DNA of 64,000 bases from Paraphysomonas bandaiensis (GCA_965644295.1 CBFFRP010000080.1:62001-126000), one strand, 5' to 3'. Numbered from the stretch's first letter, positions 50,003 to 62,533 are shown. A program made the numbers and translations. Notes: generated by a model from the sequence alone, not told the origin.

Positions 50003-51544
50003 CTAAACACTCTGCATAGATTCGTTATTTTCTGTGATGTCTACGCGAGCTGAATGCAGCAGAGAGGTATTAACTATTTCATCAAGGGATCCCATTACAT
50101 GCATTGTCTGTCTATGAAACGTTATCTCTGCTTTAACTTGCTGTCTCAATTTATGAAAAAGCTCATCAATTGCATCTGAATGGCCAAGGACAGCACCGTA
50201 AAGGTCAAGGATCCTGTGTGCGACCTGTACTATGAGTCGAGTGTATCGAGGGTGCGAAACGTAGCGCGCACAGAAAGCTAGAAGTGGTTCCAGAGAGGCT
50301 TCATCCCGTCCAGAAAGAGCAACTGTAAGTCCACTTCGCCGACAAAGCTCTTCCAGTACTGTTACAACCACCAATGGGTTTCTCGTCTTAAGCGCAGAGT
50401 CCAGTGCCTGCTGGTAACTGAAACGTTTGAGTTGCACCTCAAATGGGCGCAGCTTTGCACTTCTCTCTGTCTCAACCATATCATCCGCGGTACGTTGCAA
50501 CGCCGATCCCGCGCCTTTGTAATGCCTTCTCCTTGCTCCTTCACCCTGCAATTCCCCCGGTATCAGAGTTCCAGGCACTGCACCTGCGTTCTCCCTGGTG
50601 CGAACAACAAGACTACCATCCACCAAGCCAACTACCAATTTGCGATCCTGAGGTGACACAGCAACACTGAGCACTGGACCCGTGCATTTTATGCCATGCG
50701 ACACTTGAAGAGATTCGAGATTGTAAATCTTGACATGTCCATCGAGTCCAGAGGAGAGTAAGCGAGGAGAAACCGGGTCCAGACACAGGTCTGTCACATT
50801 TTTCTGGTGGCTTGCAAATGTATGTAGCAGCTTGCCACTTACAGTATCCCATAATTTGACCTCGTTCCCGCCTGCAGAGTACACAATTGTACCGGACTGA
50901 GACATAACACATTTCTCAACAGGGCTACCATGTGTAAACGTATTGGTGCATCTACTCTGTCGCGAGTCCCAAACCTTCACCGTATGGTCGTACGATCCAC
51001 TAACGAACACATCGTGTGCAGTGGTGTGCGCACATAGCGTGCGTACATAATCAGAGTGAGCTTGCTTGCATTTCCACGTCGTCTCTTCCGTGCCAAGATC
51101 CCATAATCGTATACTTTGGTCGTCAGAGCCAGACAGAATGTGCAGTCCAGAATACGACCACACAGTGGCACGAACTGCAAGTGAATGTCCCTTCAATTGG
51201 CGCAAGAGTGACTTCGAAGGCACATCAAATACTTTAACAAGGCCACTGGCATCTCCTGCAGTTAGTAATTTACCATCTTTACGGAATTTACCCGAAAAGG
51301 CATCTGCCGAGAATCTGGTATAGGAGCGCTGCACCCTATCGGCCCCCTCATAGAGGTGCACAGAGGTCGCTGCTGTCACTATGAACTGCCCATTGCGCAC
51401 AGGATTAAAATCAATACAATTAGGGGACCCCTGCAGATGGTCCTCCTTAGTGATGGCGAATGACTTCCAGTATCTGGCCTCACTCGTCTCTCTGTCCTGC
51501 ACTTTAGCGAACTGCTTCAGTTTTATTCTCTGAAACTCCGACAT
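50003..51544 (-). CDS. UTP15: U3 snoRNA-associated protein 15 (WD40 plus UTP15 C-terminal domain), intronless
   Basis: EARYWKSF, FRKDGKLL.AGD..G.VKVFD, HSDYVR, SGSYDHTVKVWD, HQKNVT, SSGLDG.VKIY, LKRFSYQQALD, ALSGRDE..LEPLL.F. Confidence 0.93.
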   Translation of the reverse strand: MSEFQRIKLKQFAKVQDRETSEARYWKSFAITKEDHLQGSPNCIDFNPVRNGQFIVTAATSVHLYEGADRVQRSYTRFSADAFSGKFRKDGKLLTAGDASGLVKVFDVPSKSLLRQLKGHSLAVRATVWSYSGLHILSGSDDQSIRLWDLGTEETTWKCKQAHSDYVRTLCAHTTAHDVFVSGSYDHTVKVWDSRQSRCTNTFTHGSPVEKCVMSQSGTIVYSAGGNEVKLWDTVSGKLLHTFASHQKNVTDLCLDPVSPRLLSSGLDGHVKIYNLESLQVSHGIKCTGPVLSVAVSPQDRKLVVGLVDGSLVVRTRENAGAVPGTLIPGELQGEGARRRHYKGAGSALQRTADDMVETERSAKLRPFEVQLKRFSYQQALDSALKTRNPLVVVTVLEELCRRSGLTVALSGRDEASLEPLLAFCARYVSHPRYTRLIVQVAHRILDLYGAVLGHSDAIDELFHKLRQQVKAEITFHRQTMHVMGSLDEIVNTSLLHSARVDITENNESMQSV

Positions 51545-51830
51545 GACTATACACACACGAGATGGGCTTGTTCTTCTGTCTGGTTAGGTGGAGATGTGTG
51601 GTATGGTATCAGTAGCGGAGAGAAGGGTGGTAGAGGTGGCTTCTATAGGCTTGATCTCTTCTATAGTGCACATACACAGACTTCACTGTACGCACCATAC
51701 TCTCACTGCTAGAGGGAGGCCGCAGCCACGAATAGAGATCACTGGTGTGTGCAGGTAAGGTATACGTATGGTATACCTGGTATACTGTAACACATACAGT
51801 TGCATGCTAAATCCTGCACTTCGTATACCT

Positions 51831-52845
51831 CTAAAAACCTGGGATTTTTGCCTGGTCGACTTTTTGATAATGTCCGAATTGACTGCAATGCAAACGGTGA
51901 ATATCCTCCAAATCCCGTTTTTTCTTAGAAGTTGAAAATTTGGGGTTTTGATAACAATGTACCCGAGAATGGGTGCATTTTTTGAGAGGAGAATCTATCC
52001 CCCCAATGAGAATTTCCTCAAAGGATAATCCACGCATAGTCGCTCGTAAAAGAGAACGCAGAGACTGTTCCTTGGAAGGATCTCTAAAACCAGTGAATAG
52101 TTGCTGGTTAAAATCGGCATCTGGGATATTATGCCGCTGCGCCATCGTTTTCAGGCGTTTTGCAAAAGAAGCAACCTGCTCGTTGGAACCCTGTCAGGCC
52201 AAATAAAAGGCCTGCCGCTCCGTAGGCCGGTCCTCCGATGATTTCGTCCGGTCGATATAGGCCTATAGATTCTTCCACGCTCTAATGGCGTCAATCATTG
52301 TATGATGAGAAGAACATGATTGACGCCATTCCGCCAGTAATTTGACATCAGCATCAATCGGAGGTGTGTAGACGCGTATGGACTTTTCGGTAATGATGTC
52401 TAACAGTTTTGTAGACTTCAGCATCGCACGAAAGTCTGTTTCAAAGGCTTCAAAGTCTTGTAGATATTGTGGAACATCCCAAGAGGGAAGTATGAGAGAC
52501 AGATTGTCAAGTTGAGAAGATATGCGTTTACATTGGTCCAATGTTAACTCCTGGATAGGATTTTTGGAAACAGGGAGAGCCATGGTGATAAGTAAAAGTG
52601 CAAACAAAGGGTATAGATCGTGAGAATCCGCTACCAAGTTGAACTATAAAGTATTGACTTGGTGAATCGTAAATAATGATTAGAGATTACAGATGTAACA
52701 TGTTGATACATTGCACTAAGTGTGTGGATATGCATGCATGTGGTGTAATATCCATTCATTCAAGGTACGTCTTGCGTATGCAATAAGGAAACTACGGAAG
52801 CGAAGTTTATACTTCAACTGATTTATCTGGTTTATCTACTCAACA
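51831..52845 (-). mobile_element. Truncated LTR retrotransposon: probable 5' LTR (~52640-52845), PBS and decayed gag
   Basis: Minus strand TGTTGAG...GTTCA, then TGGTAGCGGATTC (PBS-like), then stop-interrupted gag-like frames (52263-52583, 51831-52145) with a knuckle-like CSQFGH. No second LTR or pol. Confidence 0.55.
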
Positions 52846-53351
52846 AGTCGCATACTCGTCATTGCCATATATATAAAGTCTACATATGCAATCGTGGGAA
52901 TTTTATGTTTGGGGGAAAACTCGAAGATTATACAGTATTAAGTAAAAATGTTTGAAAAGTTTTTCTGTTGGAAGTATTAACCTGAGAGACAACAAAAAAT
53001 TTAGCAGTAATATATAGGAGCAAGTGCATATATGCAATCGCGACTGGCAACAACATGTGTGACACAACTACTGCGACACGGTAGTAGGTAGTAGTGAATG
53101 TCTACTTTTATACACAAGAAAAATTATGCTTGAAGATCACAACCCCTTCTTGCCTTAGAATGCCCGCCGTTACGTTAGTCTGACAACTATATTAACCTTT
53201 CAAATGAGTATTTAAACAATTAAAAGTCAAATATATAAACATACTATAGTTATATTACTATACAACTTTTGTTTAACTTGTCTTGCACAACAGCACAAGT
53301 AATTACATACATCCACAAACTCTATATAATACGAAAAAAATTCCGGTTTTA

Positions 53352-54950
53352 TTACTTCGAAATCTTCCGAAGTAGCTGAGAAAGTGACTGAATTTTTGAT
53401 GCGCAGTAATCATTGATCACTGGGCAAATTACTCGCCACAAGCCCGAGAGTGAAGATTTCTTCCCCAGCTCTGATTGAACTACCTGACTGTGAGCTTTAC
53501 TCTCTTCTGTAGAGAGCGTATTATCTATTCTACGGAAGTTTATTGCGCTTCTGAAGAGCCATATCGTCTCCTTCACAAGAGTTTCTAGGGAACCTGGGAC
53601 TCCAGTGCGATTTTTCTCATCCAGCCATTTTTTAATATTTTCAACTCCTTCTACCTGACTTAACACAAACGGAATCAAACGCCTATCGCAGTGGAAGTCT
53701 ATACCTTCTGCAACGAGCGCTTCCTGCTTCAGGCGCATCAGTGAAAGAAGTGCTGCCCAATCAGCTGCTTCAGATTCCAAATCGAAGGGGTTAAGAGTTA
53801 AGTACTTGCGAATGTACGACAGTAGCGCTGCACGATATGGCAATGTGTCACAATCAACAGGCGCTGGTACGGAGCTTGGTCGAACACCACTGAGGGACCC
53901 AATGTAGAGGGGGTCCAGATATATAAGATCAGGTGGCGGATATTTGCATTCAATACTGGATGAGTGGCTGCAGCTGAATCGATGAATCCATTGCGCAGCA
54001 CTGTCCTTTAACATTCGCATGTCAGGGCCCATTCCACCATAAGCTGCACGAATCAGAATACTACCCACGATGGTGCGCGCAGGGCCAGCGGGGAGATCCA
54101 GAAGCGAGAGGGAAGAAGTGGGTGCGTGACCTGGAGCCAACACAAAATCCCGGAAAGGGTGACTAGTAGCCTCCATGTATACCTGTAGGCATGTTGCGGA
54201 AAGAGCACGTGGGGGGCGGTACCCCTTATTAACTGCGACCATAAGCCACACCAGCACCGGTATCGCACAGTGCAGCATACCATCTTCCAAGAAGACAATC
54301 GGAATACGCCGAAGAAATTCTTCGGGGGAAACAGTTAATAGTTTCAAAGAGAGTATCGCACCAGCATCCACCAATCCTCGTCTGAAGGCTTTTTGTATCA
54401 TTGACTTTAGTAAAGGAATATTTATAGATGAACTTTCAGTAGTTTCAGCATCATGCATAGACATCTCCGGAAGTGGTGGTATATTTGTACAAACCCTTAA
54501 GACATAGGGGCCAGACGACTGTGCACGAAAACCACTACCACCTACATCGCACATAAAATTACGTAGCGCAACTTCTTGAGACCATACTGTATCAGTCTCA
54601 GATGTTTTGTCTTTATCAAAGTAAATGACAGGGTCCAGCTTCCCACCCATTAAGCGAAGTGAAAACACAATGATGCTCTTCTTTTGACTGCGAGACATCA
54701 TTGCAGAGAGCGCATCACTCTTATCAGACCCCTCTCGAGAGGTAGCAGGGGAGGTACTACAGGACACAGATGGCTCCCTCCGCACCCGTTTGGCTCCTTC
54801 ATCCAGATGAGATGACACATGAGCCTCAATGAACCTGGACGGATAGCTCCTGTTACATACAGGGCACTCCACACACTCACCCCCACACTTAACAACATCA
54901 GATACAACACCGCCACCAAAATAGGAAGCGATCGTGCGTTTCTTCGACAT
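53352..54950 (-). CDS. UBZ4-type zinc-finger protein with an MgsA/WRNIP1-C-like helical domain, uncharacterised
   Basis: VECPVCNRSYP..IEAHVSSHL, LLKSMIQKAFRRG...FLRRIPIVFLED and an N-terminal KRTIASYF. Confidence 0.7.
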   Translation of the reverse strand: MSKKRTIASYFGGGVVSDVVKCGGECVECPVCNRSYPSRFIEAHVSSHLDEGAKRVRREPSVSCSTSPATSREGSDKSDALSAMMSRSQKKSIIVFSLRLMGGKLDPVIYFDKDKTSETDTVWSQEVALRNFMCDVGGSGFRAQSSGPYVLRVCTNIPPLPEMSMHDAETTESSSINIPLLKSMIQKAFRRGLVDAGAILSLKLLTVSPEEFLRRIPIVFLEDGMLHCAIPVLVWLMVAVNKGYRPPRALSATCLQVYMEATSHPFRDFVLAPGHAPTSSLSLLDLPAGPARTIVGSILIRAAYGGMGPDMRMLKDSAAQWIHRFSCSHSSSIECKYPPPDLIYLDPLYIGSLSGVRPSSVPAPVDCDTLPYRAALLSYIRKYLTLNPFDLESEAADWAALLSLMRLKQEALVAEGIDFHCDRRLIPFVLSQVEGVENIKKWLDEKNRTGVPGSLETLVKETIWLFRSAINFRRIDNTLSTEESKAHSQVVQSELGKKSSLSGLWRVICPVINDYCASKIQSLSQLLRKISK

Positions 54951-55024
54951 GACACACTTTATGCTGCGGTTTCTCTCTCCGCATTGCCCTTCTCAGCCAT
55001 CATCAAACAGGATACAACCTCTGT

Positions 55025-55322
55025 ACCTACCTACCTACCTACCTAGCTACCTACCTACCTACCTACCTACATACATACATACATACATACCTACCTACCT
55101 ACCTACCTACATACATACCTACCTACCTACCTACCTACCTACCTACCTACCTACCTACATACATACATACATACATACATACATACATACATACATACAT
55201 ACATACATACATACATACCTACCTACCTACCTACCTACATACCTACCTACCTACCTACCTACCTACCTACCTACCTACCTACATACATACATACATACAT
55301 ACATACATACATACATACATAC

Positions 55323-55353
<31 letters not shown>

Positions 55354-55377
55354 CATACATACATACATACATACATA
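55025..55377. repeat. Compound (TACC)n/(TACA)n microsatellite
   Basis: Directly visible, about 88 tetramer units. Confidence 0.99.
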
Positions 55378-55548
55378 CTGCTGTATTCTTATGCTGCATT
55401 CCGTATGAGGATCAGATCATTGCATCACATCATACACAAGGGGGAACACTGTTTACGACTCACTGCACACTTTCTGGCGTAACAACTACCCACTACCCAC
55501 TCCACAAAGAAACAAATTCGTCATTTTGTGAACCAATCATCCTGGAAT

Positions 55549-58121
55549 ATGACAGACTGTCCTCATTTGGAGGTTAGTATTTCTCGAGTTGTCCAATTAG
55601 ATATTCTCAAGTGTATGTGGATTGCACTCGCAGCTACGTGATATGAGTGTATGATGTTGAGTTGACAGTATAGAAGTGTGTTAGCGCTGTGTCCAAGTGA
55701 CAATGTAGTGACATCTTGCTGTTCATATGATGCGATGTGCAGAGATCATGCTGCTATTCCATCGATTCTGTGAGAGTGTTTCTATGATACTGTAGTGTTG
55801 ATATTGTTTGATGATGTGATGCTGTGTTAATCTTGTCCATATTATTACGGAAATAATATTATTTTTTGTAGTGGTTGTGTGATGCTGATACTTGTGTATT
55901 ACAATGCTTATGTATATTATTTCGTATTATTTTGGTGCTTTTAATGTATTAGTTTGGATACTTATGGTAATTTCCTCTCAACATATAGATGCACGCCGCT
56001 ATCAAGCACCCCTCGTCACGCTCTGAACATACCATGGAGACCTACCAGTCTATGTACAAGTATAGTGTGGAGGATCCGGCAGGGTTTTGGGCTGGTATGG
56101 GTGTACATTTAAGCTGATTATTATTAATCTACACATTTCAGACCTTGCGAAGCAACACTTATCATGGTTTCAAGATTTCAGTGAATGTATGGCCGGGACA
56201 TTCGAACAAGGGGACATTCGCTGGTTTTGCAATGGAAAACTCAACGTTTCGTACAACTGTATTGACAGACACCTACCTTTGCGGTCGAACCAGGTTTGTG
56301 TGCTCATTATTAATGTCGTGGTTGTAATTCAGTATATAGACTGCTTTGATTTGGGAGAGTGATGAGCCCGGTCAAGGTCGCAGTGTGACATATCAGGAGC
56401 TGGCACATTCAGTGTCACGTATTGCTAACTTCATGAAGTCAATGGGTGTTCGCAAAGGCGACGTGGTCACTGTATATATGCCTATGATTCCTGAACTCCC
56501 GATGGTGTTACTGGCATGTACACGCATTGGAGCAGTTCACTCCGTGGTATTTGCAGGGTTCTCTGCGACCTCTCTTCGTGATCGTATTATAGACTGCCGT
56601 AGTCAGTGGGTGTTTACAGCTGACCAGGGCATGCGTGGGGGTCGTGTCATCCCTCTCAAGCAGACTGTGGACAAGGTTGCTATCAGAATGTTGTTTGAAT
56701 TATTCGTTGTTGACTTGGCGTTGCATGTCTGGACAGGCACTGGAGGAGTGTCCAGACGTTCGAAACGTGTTTATGTTCAGTCGCACAGGAGCCGACGTTC
56801 CCATGACAGCCAACAGGGATATACGCATGGTAGATCGCCTGTGCAAGGTACACATTTTTAGTTAAATGTTACAGCATGTAATTTTATATGGTAGGAGCGA
56901 CCATATTGTCCTCCGGAGCCAATGGACAGTGAGGATACTCTATTTGTATTGTACACCTCTGGGTCTACTGGAAAGCCGAAGGGCGTCGCCCATAGCACTG
57001 CCGGATATTTGCTACACGCCGCGGTGACCACCCAATGGTCATTTGACCTTCAAGAGGGGGACATATTTGCATGTGTAGCGGACTGTGGATGGATTACCGG
57101 TCATACGTACACCGTTTATGGGCCATTATGCTTGGGGCGAACAACATTGCTTTTTGAGAGTGTACCCACTTACCCAGACCCTTATAGGTACTGGGACGTC
57201 GTCCAGAGACACAGAGTGACACAATTTTATACTGCTCCGACAGCCATCAGAGCTCTTATGCGTTTTGACGCAGCTCCTATTGCAAAATATGACCTGTCCT
57301 CTTTGCGCGTTTTAGGATCTGTTGGAGAGCCCATAAATCCGGAGGCCTGGAATTGGTATTTCCATCATGTGGGCAGAGGTCGCTGTACTGTGGCTGACAC
57401 TTACTGGCAGACAGAAACAGGGGGACACCTCGCCGCCAACCTTCCAGGAATTACTACGATGAAGGCAGGCTCGTGTACGCTGCCCTATTTTGGTATCCAA
57501 CTAGCTGTGATGGATCCGACATCTGGACAAGAACTGCGAGGCCCAGGTGTAGAGGGTGTGCTCTGCGTAAAGGCAATTTTTCCGTCTGTTGCAAGAACTG
57601 TGTTTGGGGACCACGACCGTTATTTAGCGGTGTACACGAAGCCCTACCCAGGATACTATTTCACTGGCGATGGGTGCAGACGCGATGAAGATGGATTTTA
57701 CTGGATTACTGGGCGTGTGGATGATGTTATTAACCCATCTGGACACAGAATTGGTACCGCCGAAGTGGAAGCAGCGATAGATGAGCTGGATGAGGTTTCA
57801 GAGGCAGCTGTTGTGGGATTCCCACATGAAGTAAAGGGTGAAGGCATCGGGTGCTTCGTTATCCTGAGACAAGGAGTTCAAGAATCCCCGGATTTGACAC
57901 AGAGACTGAAAAATGCCGTGCGTGCCCATATTGGAGCATTTGCAACACCTGACTTCATTATCTATTGTGATTTACCGAAAACTCGCTCTGGGAAGATTAT
58001 GCGCCGTATACTTCGAAAGGTAGCCCATGGCGAGGAAGATTCAATTGGAGACATTTCTACTTTGGCAGATCCTGCTGTAGTTCCAATTCTGGTGGAAAAG
58101 TTTAAGATCGCTCGAGGTTAA
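55549..58121 (+). CDS. ACS: Acetyl-CoA synthetase (AMP-forming), multi-exon
   Basis: [72 protein letters not shown]. Exon 1 at 55549 is inferred. Confidence 0.96.
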
Positions 58122-58639
58122 TAGCCCCATTATGTGAGGCGCAGAGCTATATTATATTTCCTTAGCGATCGCTGTTAGAACTGACATTTCACTGAAATTG
58201 CCATTGCTCTGCACTTAAACCTTAATCTTGCTTTGTTGAACGCAACGCACTTCCAAGTAAGAAATTATAATTATTATTCTAAACACTTCACAACACAACA
58301 TATTCGTGTAACATCTGGTGAACATCTGTTCTCAGTTCTCAGCAACATCTGTTTACCATATGTTCACCATTCACCACTCACTCCTATATCTTATATAGTC
58401 ACACATCAGTAACTGAATTTACTTCTGGTCTTAACCACACTCATTAACCACAGTCAGTAACCACACTTATAAGAAGTAATATATTTACGTCCAAATCAAT
58501 TATTGTATTACTCTACTGAATAGTACTATCAGAGAGTGTGCTTGCATGCACATACAAATCGTTTGCTAGTGTTTGGCAATAACTAAAGTACTCAAAATCT
58601 TCGGAATTGACATTCATTATATTCATTGACCATTCCTGT

Positions 58640-59934
58640 CAGGGCTGCGTATCAATTAATTGATTTTCAATTAATTGCAATTAATTGTCAATTATTGAAA
58701 TTGCAATTAATTGTCAATTATTGAAATTGCAATTATTGAAATTGGGACATCGATTCATAATTGCAATTATAATTGACTCCAGCTAGCTTCAATTAATTGT
58801 CAATTAATTGCAATTAATTGATATTAAAAAACCCACCTTTTTGTGCTGAAAAGTTGTTAAAAAACGGCATTTTTAGTAAAAAATCCAATTTTTAGGATAA
58901 AAATCGAAGATTGGTGAAAGACTATAATATCCATAGGATTATCTCACATAGTAATTCATTTAATTAATTAGCGATAGGAGCGACAAATTGGCACCAGAAG
59001 TCATTGCACGAGTAAATAAAGTAAATATTTGAGAAAGTAAATAAATGATGATAATAATAACGAAGAGGCTGCAATAGAGATTTGTCCTGCAGGAAAAGGG
59101 GCTCCACATTTTCCGTGATTGACCGCTACTTGCTTCTATCTAATCATATGCGATCTTTCGAGTTTGGTTCCGATGTGTTAAAAGTCTAATTGTAGGACTA
59201 TCCACCTCTATATACAGAGTATATAGTATATACATGTATATTATGCCCTGTATTATAAAAATAAGTGTAGTACAATTACAGAAGTAAGGTTACACCAGCT
59301 TGACTTCCACGACGTTTGCACATTGATTGACGAACCCTTCATAATGCACCCGATTGTTGAGCGTCATCTGGGCGACAGTGCTGCTATTATTTTTAACGCT
59401 GCTTTCGAAAAGGCAGTCGTGAAGATTCAATGTGGCAACGAAGCCGTAGCTCGGACGGCAAAGAATCAAACTAAAATATATTTGTTCGATGAGGAAGAAG
59501 AAGATTATGACGGTGCGAGTCTAGCTCCGAATGACGACGCAGCGCAACGTTTGTTTGATGGTAGCAGGCAGCGGAAGCGAGCAAGACTTAACAAGCAAAC
59601 GCGTTACGGATGAAACACTTGCATAGCACAACCAATAAGGTTGAGAGGTTGCTCAGTAGAGCTACGATTGTTATGACGGGCTTGCTCAAGAGCTTGACTC
59701 CTCAACATTTAGTGCTAATTATGATTTTCGCATGAATCGTTGCCTCTGGAATGAAATGACAGTTGAGGTAGCTATATTCGCAGCTAGTGTATTTTAGTAC
59801 TAAATAATTGCAATTAATTGCAATTAATTGCAGTTAATTGCAATAGTTGAAATTGAGACAGCAAGTAATAATTGCAATTATAATTGACTACAACCTGCGT
59901 CAATTAATTGACAATTAATTGATACGCAGCCCTG
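58640..59934 (+). mobile_element. Non-autonomous hAT element (1295 bp) with transposase C-terminal remnant
   Basis: Perfect TIR CAGGGCTGCGTATCAATTAATTG. 8-bp TSD ATTCCTGT (58632-58639, 59935-59942). Many CAATTAATTG subterminal repeats. FEKAVVKIQ and TTNKVERLLS (hATC-like) at 59323-59750. Confidence 0.92.
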
Positions 59935-59942
59935 ATTCCTGT

Positions 59943-61109
59943 GTGGCCATAACCTGTGTTTGATTTGCTTGTTGTATCTGTCACACTGTCACAGGCATGA
60001 AACAGCTTGGAATAGTCATCACACACAGGAATACATGTTGTAGAGGCTTTGGTTGCCCTCCTCGTGTATGCATTACTTTATGCTGTGTGTTGCATTCCAT
60101 CTTTTCTATGAGCGTGCACAATTATTTGCTTCTGTCTCTCGTTCCACAACCCATTCCATTTTCCCCTCATATCTACTCCGTCTCGCACCAGTCGTGTCAA
60201 CGCAGGAAATCGCTTTGGATTAACGACTCCTATAAATTTCACTCCCTTATCATGCAATATTTGCCGTCCAGCATCATCCAAGTAATACGAGTCAAAAACC
60301 AGGACTGACTCAGTCTTATGGGCAGAATTAAATTGCCCCAGTGACTGACAACGTTGGAAACAGGTATAGACTCCCCCAGTGGTTTCATGGTTTCATAGCA
60401 TCGTGCAGCCACACATCCAACATGTAAGTCAACTTGTGCTTCAGAGGTGCACACAGCTCATACAGCCACAACCCTTCCTTGTCCGGTTTCATGTAAACAA
60501 CACGTACATCTGGACTTATACCTGCAAATCTGAAAAATGTAGAAGCTTCTCATCTCCAGCAAGAGCACGACCAATCCCTCTAAGGATGCTTCTGAAGTTC
60601 GAAGATATACCTTTAGAGTTGGAAGTGAATATTTCGGCAAATCGTATGCCACACGACGAAATCGTAGGGTAATTTCTTCTGAACTCTTTTCGGTAATACT
60701 CAAGTTGTGAATGCAGTGGACGGATATTCTTCTGGACACCAGTAAACACGAACTGTTCGCCATAAATACGAATCCAAATGGCAAGCATCTTGTATATCTT
60801 ACTCACAGATAACAGAACGGAGTCCCCTCTGTTGTAAAGGAGGTGCTCAGGATCTATATCTCGGGCAATTGTCGTGACAAGTGCAGGTGTAACAAACTTT
60901 AGAAATATGCTCAGAAGCGTTGGCCTTCGCAGCTTAAACGTCGGATAATGACTGAGAAGGTCTGAATCTGGCAAATGAAACGATTCATGTCTCAAATCAA
61001 CCCGCTTCAACTGCTTTTTAAGCTTCTTCGACTCAGCCCTAATTTTGGCTTGTCGTGCAGCCTTCTCTGTGCGCTCTTTTGTATTCGATCTGCTCTGCTT
61101 TGGATACAT
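59943..61109 (-). pseudogene. piggyBac DDD transposase pseudogene
   Basis: Across several frames: LAGDEKLLHF, MKPDKEGLW, LVFDSYY and PVCDDYSKLFHACD (the three catalytic Asp regions). Several frameshifts and a stop. Confidence 0.8.
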
Positions 61110-61380
61110 CTTTAAGTATAAGAATGAATCGAATATAATGAAGTTACCTGCACATCATTTTGCCCTGTGATTGGGTCGCTGGGAGTGCTGTCCGCTGCTG
61201 TCATATGAATTCACATACTTCATTTGAGTCCGAATTGACTGTTACGTTTTTTCCGTACATAACAACAGTGTTTTTTGTGTTTTTTGTGCTGTGATGGTGA
61301 GTGTGGTTTTTGAGTGTGGTTAAAACAATTCCTTTGGTTCACCGATGAGTTGATTGCACTCAACTAAAACTAAAAAGTGC

Positions 61381-61567
61381 TATTTGTTCATACTAAAATT
61401 TACAAATTATCCTACTACACTAAAAATGGCAGTTGATCCGTATTTAAGTTTAGTAGAATCGATAAAATAAACTTAGTAGCTTAGTAAAAATGTCTGCAAA
61501 ATTTAGTAGGTTCAGCTGCCATTCTTAGTTTAGTAGGAACAATTGGAAAATTTAGTAGGTACAAATA
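61381..61567. mobile_element. Fold-back MITE-like element with ~60-bp imperfect inverted arms
   Basis: tatttgttcatactaaaattt..cctactacactaaaaatggcagttga versus the reverse complement of 61505-61567, tatttgtacctactaaatttt..cctactaaactaagaatggcagctga. Confidence 0.65.
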
Positions 61568-61702
61568 TATTAGCTAAAAGAGAATGTGGTAACTTCGTGA
61601 TGTGTAGTAGTACACTTTACATAAACGAAGGATAATGCACAGAACTACATATTATGTTACGATTAACAAGAACTGGAATGAGGATTGCTTACTATACGCA
61701 CA

Positions 61703-62533
61703 TCACCAGTCTACATTACCGCGCCCTCGGAAGCATTTGCTGAGAACAGTGCCACTTAAAATACTATCTACAAGCTCAGGAACTACCCTTTTAGACACAT
61801 ATCCATACCACTCCCCACAAGGGTATACTATTAGTGTCCCAGCGTACTTGTGTCCACCTATATGACTGCTTGCTCGCACTGCTATCTCGGACTCAGGTAC
61901 GCCTCTCTTCTTCAGTTCAGATTGCAGTTCAGTGATAATTTGTGGACCAGCACGACCGCAGCGTTTATCCCGAGAACCATGTGTGCACACTAGGACAAGC
62001 TTCTTCCACGGCAAGCTACATCCAGCACCCAAAAACTTCTCCGGTATGGATTGCAACAGCAACATTCGGGCAAAATCCTCCATGTTAACTTCACTGCCGA
62101 TACCTGTAAACGCCAGGCCCTCAGGGTACAATATCACCTGGCATATTTCTGTGTCCTTTTCGGTCCCTTCATAAGCAGTCATTTTCACAGCGAGAGTAGA
62201 ACCTGTCTCAGATTTAGCGCTTTCGATTGCAGCCGACAAGCGGGCCGCGAAACTGTTTTCTTCTTTCTCAATTCGTTTCGGCCATGCTGCTGATGATGTT
62301 GTGCGCACTATCACATGCCTGTCGACATGCGGGGCCGTATCTTGCAGTGCAGAACACGCATCACATGAACTGGAGACATCCCCGTCCCTCTCTATCTCTG
62401 CCTTTCTATCGCAGGAAGCTGCCTGTGTCTTGAGCGCAGAGCGACCAGAGAGAAGATTGCGGCCCCACACCATCAGCATGTGTGCAGCTATGAACAGCAA
62501 TGGCTTCCGCAAATGTGCAACCAAATGATTCAT
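61703..62533 (-). CDS. Sucrase/ferredoxin-like thioredoxin-fold [2Fe-2S] protein (Aim32/Apd1 family)
   Basis: LVCTHGSRDKRCG and SSHIGGHKYAG..YP.GEWYG (2Cys-2His ligands). Presequence-like N-terminus. Confidence 0.9.
   Translation of the reverse strand: MNHLVAHLRKPLLFIAAHMLMVWGRNLLSGRSALKTQAASCDRKAEIERDGDVSSSCDACSALQDTAPHVDRHVIVRTTSSAAWPKRIEKEENSFAARLSAAIESAKSETGSTLAVKMTAYEGTEKDTEICQVILYPEGLAFTGIGSEVNMEDFARMLLLQSIPEKFLGAGCSLPWKKLVLVCTHGSRDKRCGRAGPQIITELQSELKKRGVPESEIAVRASSHIGGHKYAGTLIVYPCGEWYGYVSKRVVPELVDSILSGTVLSKCFRGRGNVDW

Larger units (their letters stand above)
58435..61319 (-). mobile_element. piggyBac-superfamily DNA transposon (decayed), interrupted by a hAT element
   Basis: TTAA at 58431-58434 and 61320-61323. 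TIR ccacactca(t/a)(t/a)aaccaca.tca at both ends. Confidence 0.85.

Noticed and set aside
54934-55482. 182-aa ORF with YLPT/YIHT repeats
   Set aside because: Translation of the microsatellite.
58650-58830. Repeated CAATTAATTG units resembling an array or CRISPR
   Set aside because: Subterminal repeats of the hAT element, with no unique spacers, in a eukaryotic context.
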